A stretch of 64,000 bases of DNA, taken from the NCBI GenBank assembly GCA_963822585.1, contig CAWGIE010000019.1, positions 320,001 to 384,000 on the forward strand, given 5' to 3'. The notes under the pieces were generated by a model that had not been told where the DNA came from, did no database searches, and saw nothing but the letters and a program-made list of their open reading frames with translations. Positions 1 to 13,209 of the stretch are shown here, piece by piece; position 1 is the first letter of the stretch, and each line of letters starts with the position of its first letter. Origin of the DNA: an uncultured bacterium (lineage in GTDB: Bacteria; Auribacterota; Erginobacteria; Erginobacterales; Erginobacteraceae). The position numbers and the translations under genes were made by a program.

Positions 1-786
1 GAGATCGTTCCGCTTCGTCCCCGCCGCCGGGGTGTTGTCGTACCGGTCGGTCACGCTGAGCATGAAGTACACCTGCGAGAAAAGCCCCACCCGAAGGGCA
101 ACTTCCCCGTTGAGCAGGTAATCCTTGAAATCCTCAAATTTGGGCTTGTACTCGACGCTCTCGATCAGTGTCACCCGTTCGTTGATTACCAGCGCGCCGT
201 TCTCAGCCAGGCGGAGATAAACCCCGTGATCTCGCTGACCGTCCTCGTACCGGCTGTCGATATAGGAGGCACCCAGTTCGGGGGCAAGGAAGGTTTTATC
301 TTTTCGGTATATTTCGTAGCCGATACCGACGCCGTTCTCGAGGCGGCGGTCCAGTTTTTTGATCTTGTCATAGGACGCCGCCGAGAGGCCGTACAGGAAG
401 CCGCTCTCGATCACGAAGAGGTTGGCCTGGCCCGAGACCGATCCCCGGTCGGCGGTCTTATCGTACTCCCCGGTATCCTGGTTCTTGACCTCGCCCCAGG
501 CGTATTCCCCTTTCCCGATCAGTTCCCAGGTCTCCTCGAACTTCTTGATGACGGCCGCCCGGGCCAGAAAATCCGCGGTATCCGAGTTGCCCCGGGAGAG
601 GGAGTACCCGGCGCTGAGATCGATCAGCCAGCCGGGAAAGAGGTGCGCTTGCGGGACGCATTCCTCCCGGGAAGCCTTGACCGAATCGTCGGCCTGGGCC
701 GCCAGTTTGTCGTCCGCGACGGCACTGGCACAGTAAACGACCACCGCCGATGCAATGCCAAAAAGTATTATCAGCTTCTTCATCAT
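1..786 (-). CDS. DUF481/YdiY-family outer-membrane beta-barrel protein (3' end runs off the window)
   Basis: Not in the ORF track. Manual translation gives MMKKLIILFGIASAVVVYCASAVA (signal peptide)...LSAGYSLSRGNSDT...DRYDNTPAAGTKRNDL. GAGGA RBS upstream; GYxxxxGNSD and YDNxPxxGxxxxD motifs are typical of DUF481. Confidence 0.75.
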   Translation of the reverse strand, partial: MMKKLIILFGIASAVVVYCASAVADDKLAAQADDSVKASREECVPQAHLFPGWLIDLSAGYSLSRGNSDTADFLARAAVIKKFEETWELIGKGEYAWGEVKNQDTGEYDKTADRGSVSGQANLFVIESGFLYGLSAASYDKIKKLDRRLENGVGIGYEIYRKDKTFLAPELGASYIDSRYEDGQRDHGVYLRLAENGALVINERVTLIESVEYKPKFEDFKDYLLNGEVALRVGLFSQVYFMLSVTDRYDNTPAAGTKRNDL

Positions 787-812
787 GTTTATCCTCATTT
801 TAACTCAAGTTA

Positions 813-1050
813 GCGCCTCCGGCGCAACTTGTAGTGTAAAGTGTAATGTTTAAAGTGTAATGGAACTCGCCACTTCACACCTTACACTTCACACTATGTT
901 ATTGTGCGCCAGAGGCTGGCATCTCCGCCAGGCGGATCAGCCTCCGGCTGAAGCCTCAGGCTGAAAATTCCGAAGCAGGAACTTAGCTTCGCAACTGAGG
1001 GAGGGCACGGCGGCCCTCCCCTACGTAGGGGCCGACCGCTGTGTCGGCCC
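813..1050. repeat. Composite intergenic palindromic repeat cluster including a GTAG-type REP hairpin
   Basis: AGTGTAA units mirrored by TTACAC/TTCACAC units; 903-978 matches the reverse complement of about 26824-26868; GTAGGGGCCGACC...GTCGGCCC hairpin at about 1025-1050. Confidence 0.65.
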
Positions 1051-1072
1051 GATTTATTGAATTTCAGGATGA

Positions 1073-1891
1073 TCAGGAAGCCGGTTTTTCCGTCACCATG
1101 TGAATGACGCGCTGCGGGAAGGGGATCTCGATCCCGTTGGCGTCGAAGGCTTCCTTGATCTTCCGGGTCAGGTCGAACTTGACCCCCCAGTAATCTTCCT
1201 TCTTCGCCCAGGGGCGGACCACAAAGTTGACGCTGGAGTCGGCCAACTCGGCCACGGCGATCGTGGGGGCGGGATCTTTCAGGATCCGATCGTCTTCCCG
1301 GCAGAGTTTTTCCAGAATCTCCTGGGCTTTTTTCATCGAAGAGTCGTAGCTGATGCCGACCGTAATATCAACCCGGCGGGTGGCGTAGGCGGTGACGTTC
1401 TGGATCACGTCGCCGTAGATCTTGCCGTTGGGAACGGTGATCCGGATGTTATCCGGGGTCGCCAGGACGGTCTCGAAGATCTGGATCTCCTTGACCGACC
1501 CGGTGACACCGGCGGCGGTGATGACATCGCCGATCTTGAAGGGCTTGAAGACCAAGATCAGGACACCGGCGGCAAAGTTGGAGAGCGACCCCTGCATGGC
1601 GAAGGCGATGGCCAGGCCGGCGGCGCCGATGATGGCGATGAATGAGGTCATCTGGACCCCGAGATTGCCGAGGGCGGCCACCACCGCGAAGACCAGGATC
1701 AGGAAATAGACCAGGTTTCCGGCAAAAGAAATGATGGCCGGGTCGGTCTTGGCCTTGGTCAAGAGTTTGTGGACGAGTTTCCGGAGCAGACCGGACACCA
1801 TCCGTCCGGCGATCAGGATGACAACCGCCCCGATCAGCTTGAGACCGTACTCGGCGACGAAGACCGTCAGTTGGTCGATGATATGCTGCAT
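1073..1891 (-). CDS. mscS: Small-conductance mechanosensitive channel MscS
   Basis: 272 aa; three TM segments; GAAGLAIAFAMQGSLSNFAAG, PFKIGD, VPNG, LADSSVN and IEIPFPQR motifs. Confidence 0.95.
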   Translation of the reverse strand: MQHIIDQLTVFVAEYGLKLIGAVVILIAGRMVSGLLRKLVHKLLTKAKTDPAIISFAGNLVYFLILVFAVVAALGNLGVQMTSFIAIIGAAGLAIAFAMQGSLSNFAAGVLILVFKPFKIGDVITAAGVTGSVKEIQIFETVLATPDNIRITVPNGKIYGDVIQNVTAYATRRVDITVGISYDSSMKKAQEILEKLCREDDRILKDPAPTIAVAELADSSVNFVVRPWAKKEDYWGVKFDLTRKIKEAFDANGIEIPFPQRVIHMVTEKPAS

Positions 1892-1951
1892 AACAAAACC
1901 TCCGTTCTCTGTTTATCCGCAGGTTATATCTTTATGGGGGGGGATACAAGT

Positions 1952-1967
1952 AGCAATTAATATGCCA
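1952..1967 (-). promoter_or_regulatory. Sigma-54 (-24/-12) promoter upstream of mscS
   Basis: Minus strand TGGCAT-ATTAA-TTGCT with correct GG-N10-GC spacing, about 60 bp upstream of the mscS ATG. Confidence 0.7.
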
Positions 1968-2172
1968 GTTTTCCGGCAAATAGATTTTCATCGCGGTTTT
2001 AAGAGAATTTTTAATGTATCCGGGAAGAGAGACGTCAGAAGAGATACCGGTAGAGGAGGAAACGGGGCAAACTTTGCATCCCCGAAAGCACTTTTTTTAC
2101 TTACCGGCTTTTATCTGTGTTATAGTAGCAGAAAATACTCATTAAAGAATGTCAGAGGATAGGAGAAATCAC

Positions 2173-2502
2173 ATGAAATCCGCACTCGCAATCACGGCAA
2201 TTCTCTCGCTGATCGTGCTGACGGCGTGCGTGACACCGCACCACCGGCGGCTGGACTACGTGGAGGAGCACCCCGGCCTGAGCGGCGAGATCGCGCAGGC
2301 GATCATGGAGGGGAGAATCATGAAGGGGATGAACGCCGATGACGTCAGGGCGTCCTGGGGAGATCCCGACCGTGAAACCCTCTCCGTCACCAAGGGCGGC
2401 AACCAGGAGATCTGGTCCTATGACACCCCGATCGGCAGGTTCACCGATGGGACGGTCATCCTCACCTTCACCAACCGGAAACTGACCAATCTGGTAAACT
2501 GA
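2173..2502 (+). CDS. Small lipoprotein, SmpA/OmlA(BamE)-like
   Basis: AGGAGA RBS; lipobox LTAC; GMxxxxVxxxWGxP...ExWxY pattern. Confidence 0.65.
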   Translation: MKSALAITAILSLIVLTACVTPHHRRLDYVEEHPGLSGEIAQAIMEGRIMKGMNADDVRASWGDPDRETLSVTKGGNQEIWSYDTPIGRFTDGTVILTFTNRKLTNLVN

Positions 2503-2564
2503 TGACGGAGCGGGGAGAGAAGCTGATACAACCCCGGATGGCAAGCACCATAACTATCCCGAAA

Positions 2565-2668
2565 TGGAGTATTGGAGTACTGGAGTGATGGGGTATCGGA
2601 TTACTCATCCGGCCCAGTTTAATGGTTGTCCATCATTCCATTATTCCACCACTCCATCACCCCCTACT
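2565..2668. repeat. Imperfect palindrome of TGGAGTA/TACTCCA-like units (family also at about 28441-28532 and 51819-51920)
   Basis: TGGAGTATTGGAGTACTGGAGTGATGG followed by CCATTATTCCACCACTCCATCACC; three intergenic copies in the window. Confidence 0.7.
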
Positions 2669-2797
2669 TCTTGATTTTGCGGTTTGGTCTTGGTGATAGT
2701 GGATAGAATAGTATATCCCCTTGTATAATTACCCCCTATCTGTTAGATTGCCGCGGTTTTCATCGGGATATATCGTAATAATTCACTGGAGGCACTA

Positions 2798-4120
2798 ATG
2801 ACAGACAAGAAAGGCATACTGGAAACGGTTGAAGAGAAGAATATCAGGCACATTCAACTCTGGTTTACCGATATTCTGGGGCGGCTGAAAAGCATGGAGA
2901 TCTCCGATTCGGAGCTGGAAGGAGCGCTGGAATGCGGCATCGGATTTGACGGTTCTTCCATCGAGGGGTTCGCCCGAATTGAAGAGAGCGACGTGATGGC
3001 GATGCCCGACCCGTCCACCTTTCAGATCCTTCCCTGGGTCCCCGAGGAAGGCCCGGTGGCCCGGTTGATCTGCGACATCCAGGATCCATACGGGAACCCT
3101 TACCCGGGGGATCCCCGCTACGTTCTCCGGAAGATAACGAAGAAAGCCGCCGGATTGGGCTACGTCTTCCATGTCGGCCCCGAGATGGAATACTTCTATT
3201 TCAAGAACGACCGGGCGCCCGAATGCCTGGATATGAGCGGCTACTTTGACCTGACCCCGCCCGATCTGGGAACCGACCTGCGGCGGGAGACCGCCCAGGC
3301 CCTGGAAGCGATGGGGATGAAGACAGAATGTACTCATCACGAGGTCGCTCCCAGTCAGCACGAGGTGGACCTCCGGCACGACGACGCCATGATCATGGCC
3401 GACAACGTGATGACGCTCCGGTTCGTGACCAAGGAGATCGCCCGGAGAAACGGCGTCCACGCGACCTTTATGCCCAAGCCGATCCTGACCGAGAACGGGA
3501 GCGGCATGCACGTTCACCAGTCACTGCTGAAAGGCGACTCCAATGCTTTCTTCGACGCCAAGGATAACTACAACCTCTCCGCCTTAGCCAAGCGATATAT
3601 CGCCGGCATCATGAAACACGCCCCCGAGATTATCGCGGTGACCAATCAGTGGGTGAACTCTTACAAGCGTCTGGTCCCCGGCTACGAGGCTCCGGTCTAC
3701 AATTCCTGGGCCCGGCGGAACCGGTCGACGATGATCCGGGTCCCGCTCTACCTGCCGGGGAGGGAGATGGCGACCCGGATCGAATTCCGGGCTCCCGATC
3801 CCTCCTGCAACCCTTACCTGGCCTTCGCGGTGATGCTGGCGGCCGGGTTGGCCGGGATCGAAGGCGAATATGATCTCCCGGCCCCGATCGAGGAGAATAT
3901 CTTTCATATGTCACCGGAAGAGAAGGAGAAGCGGGGGATCATCCCGCTCCCCGGGAATCTCTACGCGGCCATCCGCGAGGTTCGCAAGAGCGAGCTGGTG
4001 AAAGAGACCCTGGGAGATCACATGTTCGAACAATTCGTCCGGAACAAGGAGATCGAGTGGGATAATTACCGGATCCAGGTCTCCGGCTACGAACTGGAAA
4101 AATATCTTCCGATTCTATAG
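2798..4120 (+). CDS. glnA: Glutamine synthetase type I
   Basis: FDGSSI, HHEVAPSQHE, ATFMPKP, NGSGMHVH, YKRLVPGYEAP, RIEFRAPD and NPYLAFA motifs; GGAGG RBS. Confidence 0.97.
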   Translation: MTDKKGILETVEEKNIRHIQLWFTDILGRLKSMEISDSELEGALECGIGFDGSSIEGFARIEESDVMAMPDPSTFQILPWVPEEGPVARLICDIQDPYGNPYPGDPRYVLRKITKKAAGLGYVFHVGPEMEYFYFKNDRAPECLDMSGYFDLTPPDLGTDLRRETAQALEAMGMKTECTHHEVAPSQHEVDLRHDDAMIMADNVMTLRFVTKEIARRNGVHATFMPKPILTENGSGMHVHQSLLKGDSNAFFDAKDNYNLSALAKRYIAGIMKHAPEIIAVTNQWVNSYKRLVPGYEAPVYNSWARRNRSTMIRVPLYLPGREMATRIEFRAPDPSCNPYLAFAVMLAAGLAGIEGEYDLPAPIEENIFHMSPEEKEKRGIIPLPGNLYAAIREVRKSELVKETLGDHMFEQFVRNKEIEWDNYRIQVSGYELEKYLPIL

Positions 4121-4163
4121 GCATCAACATAGATACCGGTTCTTTGTAAAAACAGCCGGTCAT

Positions 4164-4530
4164 AACCACGAAGGACACGAAGAATTTCTGGGGAATGGGG
4201 ATTAGGGAGTGGGGAGTCGGGACTAGCTATACCCTGCTCGAAAAGGATTGCGAGCAGGAAATCCTAATATCGAAATCCTAAACAAATCCAAAATCCAAAT
4301 GACCAAATGTTTCAAATATCGCCGGGTGTAGCCCCATTGTTTTGGATTTTTTAGTTTGGGTCATTTGATATTATTTAGGATTTAGTATTTTCCTCCAGAG
4401 GCGGATCAGCCTTTGGCTGAAGATATTCGGATTTGAGAGCTTACGAACCTTTCGAGTAAGGTATAGCTAATAACCCATTCACTATTCTCCAATCCCTAAT
4501 CCCTATTCTCTATTCGTGTCCTTCGTGGTT
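4164..4530. repeat. Nested (four-layer) imperfect inverted repeat between glnA and gltB
   Basis: Outer pair AACCACGAAGGACACGAA / TTCGTGTCCTTCGTGGTT; inner pairs include TAGCTATACC..CTCGAAA / TTTCGAG..GGTATAGCTA. Confidence 0.8.
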
Positions 4531-4550
4531 TTTATTATCGTGGTAAATCA

Positions 4551-9114
<4,564 letters not shown>

Positions 9115-9122
<8 letters not shown>

Positions 9123-10533
9123 TCCGGCACCCTTCCAGGAAATTCCCCGGGTTGAACCGAGCAAACGGCCGGTAGACGAACGGGTGAGAGATTATCGTGA
9201 GATCCCGGAGGGTCTTTCCCCGGAAGAACTTTCACGCCAGGCGGCCCGGTGCCTGGACTGCGGGATCCCCTTCTGCCACGGCTTCGGATGCCCCCTGGCC
9301 AACCGGATCCCCGACTGGAACGACATGCTCTATCACGGCCGCTGGGAGCAGGCGCTGCTCCTCCTCCACTCCACCAATAATTTTCCCGAGATCACCGGAA
9401 GGGTCTGCCCGGCCCCCTGCGAGGCCGCCTGCACCCTCTCCACGGACTTCGGCGCGGTCGCTATCCGGCAGATCGAGCTTCAGCTGGTTGAACGAGGATG
9501 GAAGGAGGGATGGATAAAGCCGCTGCCGGCGACCCGGGCGTCCGGAAGCCGGGTGGCGGTGATCGGTTCCGGCCCGGGGGGCCTGGCGGCTGCCCAGGAG
9601 CTTTCCCGGCACGGGCATAAAGTAATCGTCTTTGAAAAAGACGACCGGATCGGGGGCATGCTCCGCTACGGCATCCCCGATTTCAAGCTGGAAAAAGGGG
9701 TCATCGACCGCCGGCTGGAACAGATGCGCCGGGAGGGGGTCATCTTCGAACCCGGGGTGGAAGCGGGGGTCGACCTCTCCGGACGATATCTCCTCCGGAG
9801 CTTCCAGGCGGTCGTAATCGCGGCCGGGGCCCGGACACCTCGCGATCTCGTCCTCCCGGGGCGGGATCTGACCGGGATCCATCTGGCGATGGAGTACCTG
9901 GTCCGGCAAAACCGGCTGGTCGGCGGGGAGAACGGCGACGGGTATTCTTCTCGGGACGCCCGGGGCAAGAACGTGGTTGTCCTGGGCGGCGGTGACACCG
10001 GTTCGGACTGTGTCGGCACCGCGCGGCGGCAGGGGGCGAAAGAGATATTTCAGCTGGAGATCTTGCCCCGGCCCCCGGAGGAACGCCGCCGGGAGAATCC
10101 CTGGCCCACCTGGCCCCGGATCCTCCGGACCACCACCTCTCACGAGGAGGGCTGCGAACGACTCTGGGCCGTCGCGGCGAAAGGTTTTTCCGGCGAGGGG
10201 GGCCGGGTCACCGGTGTCCGGTGCGTCAAGCTCGATTGTATGCGGCCGGAGGAAGGAGGGAAAGAAGTCCCCGGTTCCGACTTCGAGGTCCCGGCCGACA
10301 TGGTGGTTATCGCCGCCGGTTTTACTCACCCCGAGCACGGCCCTTTGATCGAGGAACTGGGGCTGTCACTCACCGAGCGCGGCACTATCGCCGTTGACGA
10401 CGATTTCGCCGCCAGCACCCCGTCCGTCTTTGCCGCCGGGGACTGTGTGAGCGGCGCCTCCCTGGTCGTGGACGCCATCAGCCAGGGCCGCCGCTGCGCG
10501 GCGGCGGTCCACCGTTTCCTCTCCAACCGGTGA
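9115..10533 (+). CDS. gltD: Glutamate synthase small subunit
   Basis: CLDCGIPFCHGFGCP, GRVCPAPCE, GSGPGG and GGGDTGSDC motifs; ATG at 9115 overlaps the gltB 3' end. Confidence 0.96.
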
Positions 10534-10644
10534 TACATCCTCCCGGGGATCATCTCCTCCACCACGCCCCCTTTTTAGTCCACTGATGGATTCGACTTCG
10601 CTCCCTTCGACTTTGCTCAGGGTCTAAAGACACCACAAGTTTAC

Positions 10645-12684
10645 TCCGAGTAGAGCGATGGCGCAGTGGCTACAGGTGGAAGTTTGATTTTCCTGTTTCT
10701 CCCCGTTTCCTGTGGGAGTGTCTCAATATTACCACCATACCCTATTTCCATCCCCCTCTCACAGAACCGTACGTGCGGTTTTCCCGCATACGGCTCCTGC
10801 CATATGCTTCATCAAAAGGTTTATGCTCCTACTTCGGCTTCAAGACGCTTTCCGGTAGTACCTGATCTGGTAGTCATTGTATAGACCCCAGTCTCGATAT
10901 GGCACTTCCTTACTCCACTTCTTGCAGCCATGCCCCGGTCGTTTCTGTTTCTTCCTTACAAACCGCCGGACTTTCTTTTCTACATCCCATTTGACGTAAC
11001 TGAACGTCTTGCCGGAATGCCCTATCCTGAAGTAGTTGACCCACCCCCTGAGCACCGGATTGATCTTGCCGATTACAACCGGCAGTTTCTCATTCCAGTT
11101 CTCCTTGATCACCAGCCTGACCTTCTTTAAGATCGCTTTGCGTTTCTCAGGCCGAGGCGTTATTAAAGGATACTTCTTCCCTCTTTTCGATGTCACTAAC
11201 CTCCAGGTGAACCCTAAAAGATTAAATGTCTCCCCCTTTTCCAGAACGACTATTTTCGTCTTCTCCAGATTTAGTTCGACTCCTAATCTCTTGAGCTCTT
11301 CCTCTAATCTTTGCTTACTGTACTCCAGCAGGCGATCACTTCCGGGATGCTCAATGGTGGTTATCACCATATCATCGGCAAAACGGCAATAGTCCATTGC
11401 TCCATAGCCGTTTTGCTTTGCTCTTACTGCCGCTTTCTCAAAAAGCTCGTCTATCTCGTTGAGATAGATGTTCGCCAGCAGCGGTGATAATACACCCCCC
11501 TGCGGCACCCCTCTTCGGCCATTGGTCTTTACTATTAGCTTGATCAACCGCATGACCCGGGCATCATCAACTCTCTCCGCCACCTTTTCGAACAAAATGT
11601 GGTGACGAATATTATCAAAGTACGCCTTTAGATCGACGTCCAGCACCTTCCGATGTCCGTATACAATCTTCCTACTTACACGGTTTATCATCTGGTGCGC
11701 GCATCTGCCCAGCCGATACCCATAAGAGTTATCGTGAAAGTCCACCTCGAATATCGGCTCCAGGATCAATTTCAGAGCGGCTTGCACCACTCGATCCCGG
11801 ACCGTCGGTATCCTTAATCTGCGGACCTTTCCTTTCTCCTTCGGTATCTCCACCTCCCGGTACTTCAGAAGATAATAGTCCTCTCTTACCAGTTCATCCC
11901 GAATCCCTCTCAGAAAATCCTCCCTCCCCTCCTCCTCGATCTGCTTGAAAGTTACCCCGTCCACTCCCGGTTTGCCGTTATTCCCCTTCGCCAACCGGTA
12001 TGCTTCTCTCAGGGCCTCCATCTTGCAGACATGCCCATACAACCCCCAGAACCGCCAGGTCTTTTCAGACTTCCCCTTCAGATAGATCCTGCGCCTCACC
12101 TCTTGCAGACTAACGACGGGTTTTATCAGGCCCGCCCTGCCTCGGAATGTTGGCGCAGGAATGCCTATGACTGGGTCCCTTTGCTCCGGAAAGTTATGTT
12201 GTCTCTCCCTCATCGCTACTATGGACCCCGTAAGACTCCCTCTCACCTTTCAGCCAATTTCCCTTTTCGGTTATATGGCTTACCTCGTTACCGTGATTTC
12301 TCCCGGTGGTGAGGAGGGTATCCCCAGTGTCTGATGACCTACTGTGTATCCGTGTCGCCATTGGTACCCCGCCACCAATACCTCTCCCCTTAGCTGGTTT
12401 GGGATCGGCATTACTGTCTTCGCCCAATCTGCAGAGGCTCGACTGGTGAAGTTATAGCGTTACGAGGCTACCTATATGTTCACTTTCGTTACAACCCGGA
12501 TACTTGCTCGCCCGCCTCCTGCGGACTTTGTCGGCAGACTTCAGCCTTTGGAGTTTTCCCCTCAGCCGCCGCCCGTGCTATGCAGCTCCAGCTTCTACTG
12601 CTTCGGGACTTCCTCTCCGTTGTCTTTCTAACACTCTCACAGAGAAGTCACCCTATAGTAAGTCACCCCCTTTCTGGGCGTGAA
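10645..12684 (-). mobile_element. Group II intron, about 2040 bp, with RT/maturase ORF
   Basis: Domain V GAGCCGTATGCGGGAAAACCGCACGTACGGTTC (10764-10796, minus); long DVI with bulged A at 10651; putative EBS1 CAGATT (12426-12431) complementary to exon AATCTG (12685-12690). Joining the flanks restores a repeat seen uninterrupted at 35832-35900. Confidence 0.92.
10840..12129 (-). CDS. ltrA: Group II intron reverse transcriptase/maturase (no endonuclease domain)
   Basis: PGVDG, IPTVRDRVVQ, LEPIFE, DLKAYFDNI, GVPQGGVLSPLLANIYL, RFADD and domain X (GWVNYF). Start uncertain: CTG at 12129 is inferred; the ORF track opens at 12246. Confidence 0.9.
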   Translation of the reverse strand: MIKPVVSLQEVRRRIYLKGKSEKTWRFWGLYGHVCKMEALREAYRLAKGNNGKPGVDGVTFKQIEEEGREDFLRGIRDELVREDYYLLKYREVEIPKEKGKVRRLRIPTVRDRVVQAALKLILEPIFEVDFHDNSYGYRLGRCAHQMINRVSRKIVYGHRKVLDVDLKAYFDNIRHHILFEKVAERVDDARVMRLIKLIVKTNGRRGVPQGGVLSPLLANIYLNEIDELFEKAAVRAKQNGYGAMDYCRFADDMVITTIEHPGSDRLLEYSKQRLEEELKRLGVELNLEKTKIVVLEKGETFNLLGFTWRLVTSKRGKKYPLITPRPEKRKAILKKVRLVIKENWNEKLPVVIGKINPVLRGWVNYFRIGHSGKTFSYVKWDVEKKVRRFVRKKQKRPGHGCKKWSKEVPYRDWGLYNDYQIRYYRKAS

Positions 12685-13209
12685 CAGATTACTCTGATTA
12701 TTGACCTTTACCTCGGCCCCCTTCAAGTCCACTAATTATACTAATTGGCACGAATTGTTTCCCTCGCCTCGCCCCCATTATTTTTAACCCCTGATCTACC
12801 TGATTCCTCTGTTGGATTTTGCGCCCTACCTTTATTATTCGAATTGAGGAATTCTTTCGTCTTTCTTCATTCGGGTTTCGTCATTTCTTGTTCATTCGAG
12901 GTTCATCGCCGCCATGATTGGTAGCCACAGGCTTCAGCCTGCGCTGATCACCAATTATCGAATCGAAGCGTAGATCCCGCGGCTCTGACGAAGTCAGAGC
13001 TTTGCGGGACCGATGACCGCCCCTAATATCCCGTTCGCGACGACGATCGAGTCGGTGGTACGGGCGGAGAAATTCGAATACCAGTTGGGTTGGCTTGAGT
13101 AAAGAATCCACCAGCAGGCCTGCCTGCTCTTCTTCCGGAAGGTCACGCAATCGCGCACTCCGTTGCGGTCTAAGCCCTCGGTAATGTCAGGGGGTGGCAA
13201 AGCCGGAAG

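Noticed and set aside
226..813. 195-aa plus-strand ORF
   Set aside because: Antisense shadow of the minus-strand DUF481-type gene, which has an RBS and signal peptide.
10840..12246. Retron or defence RT
   Set aside because: Domain V/VI and EBS1-IBS1 pairing identify a group II intron.
12881..13200. Short ORFs between the intron and the C25 gene
   Set aside because: No recognisable motif or convincing RBS; overlaps REP-like sequence.
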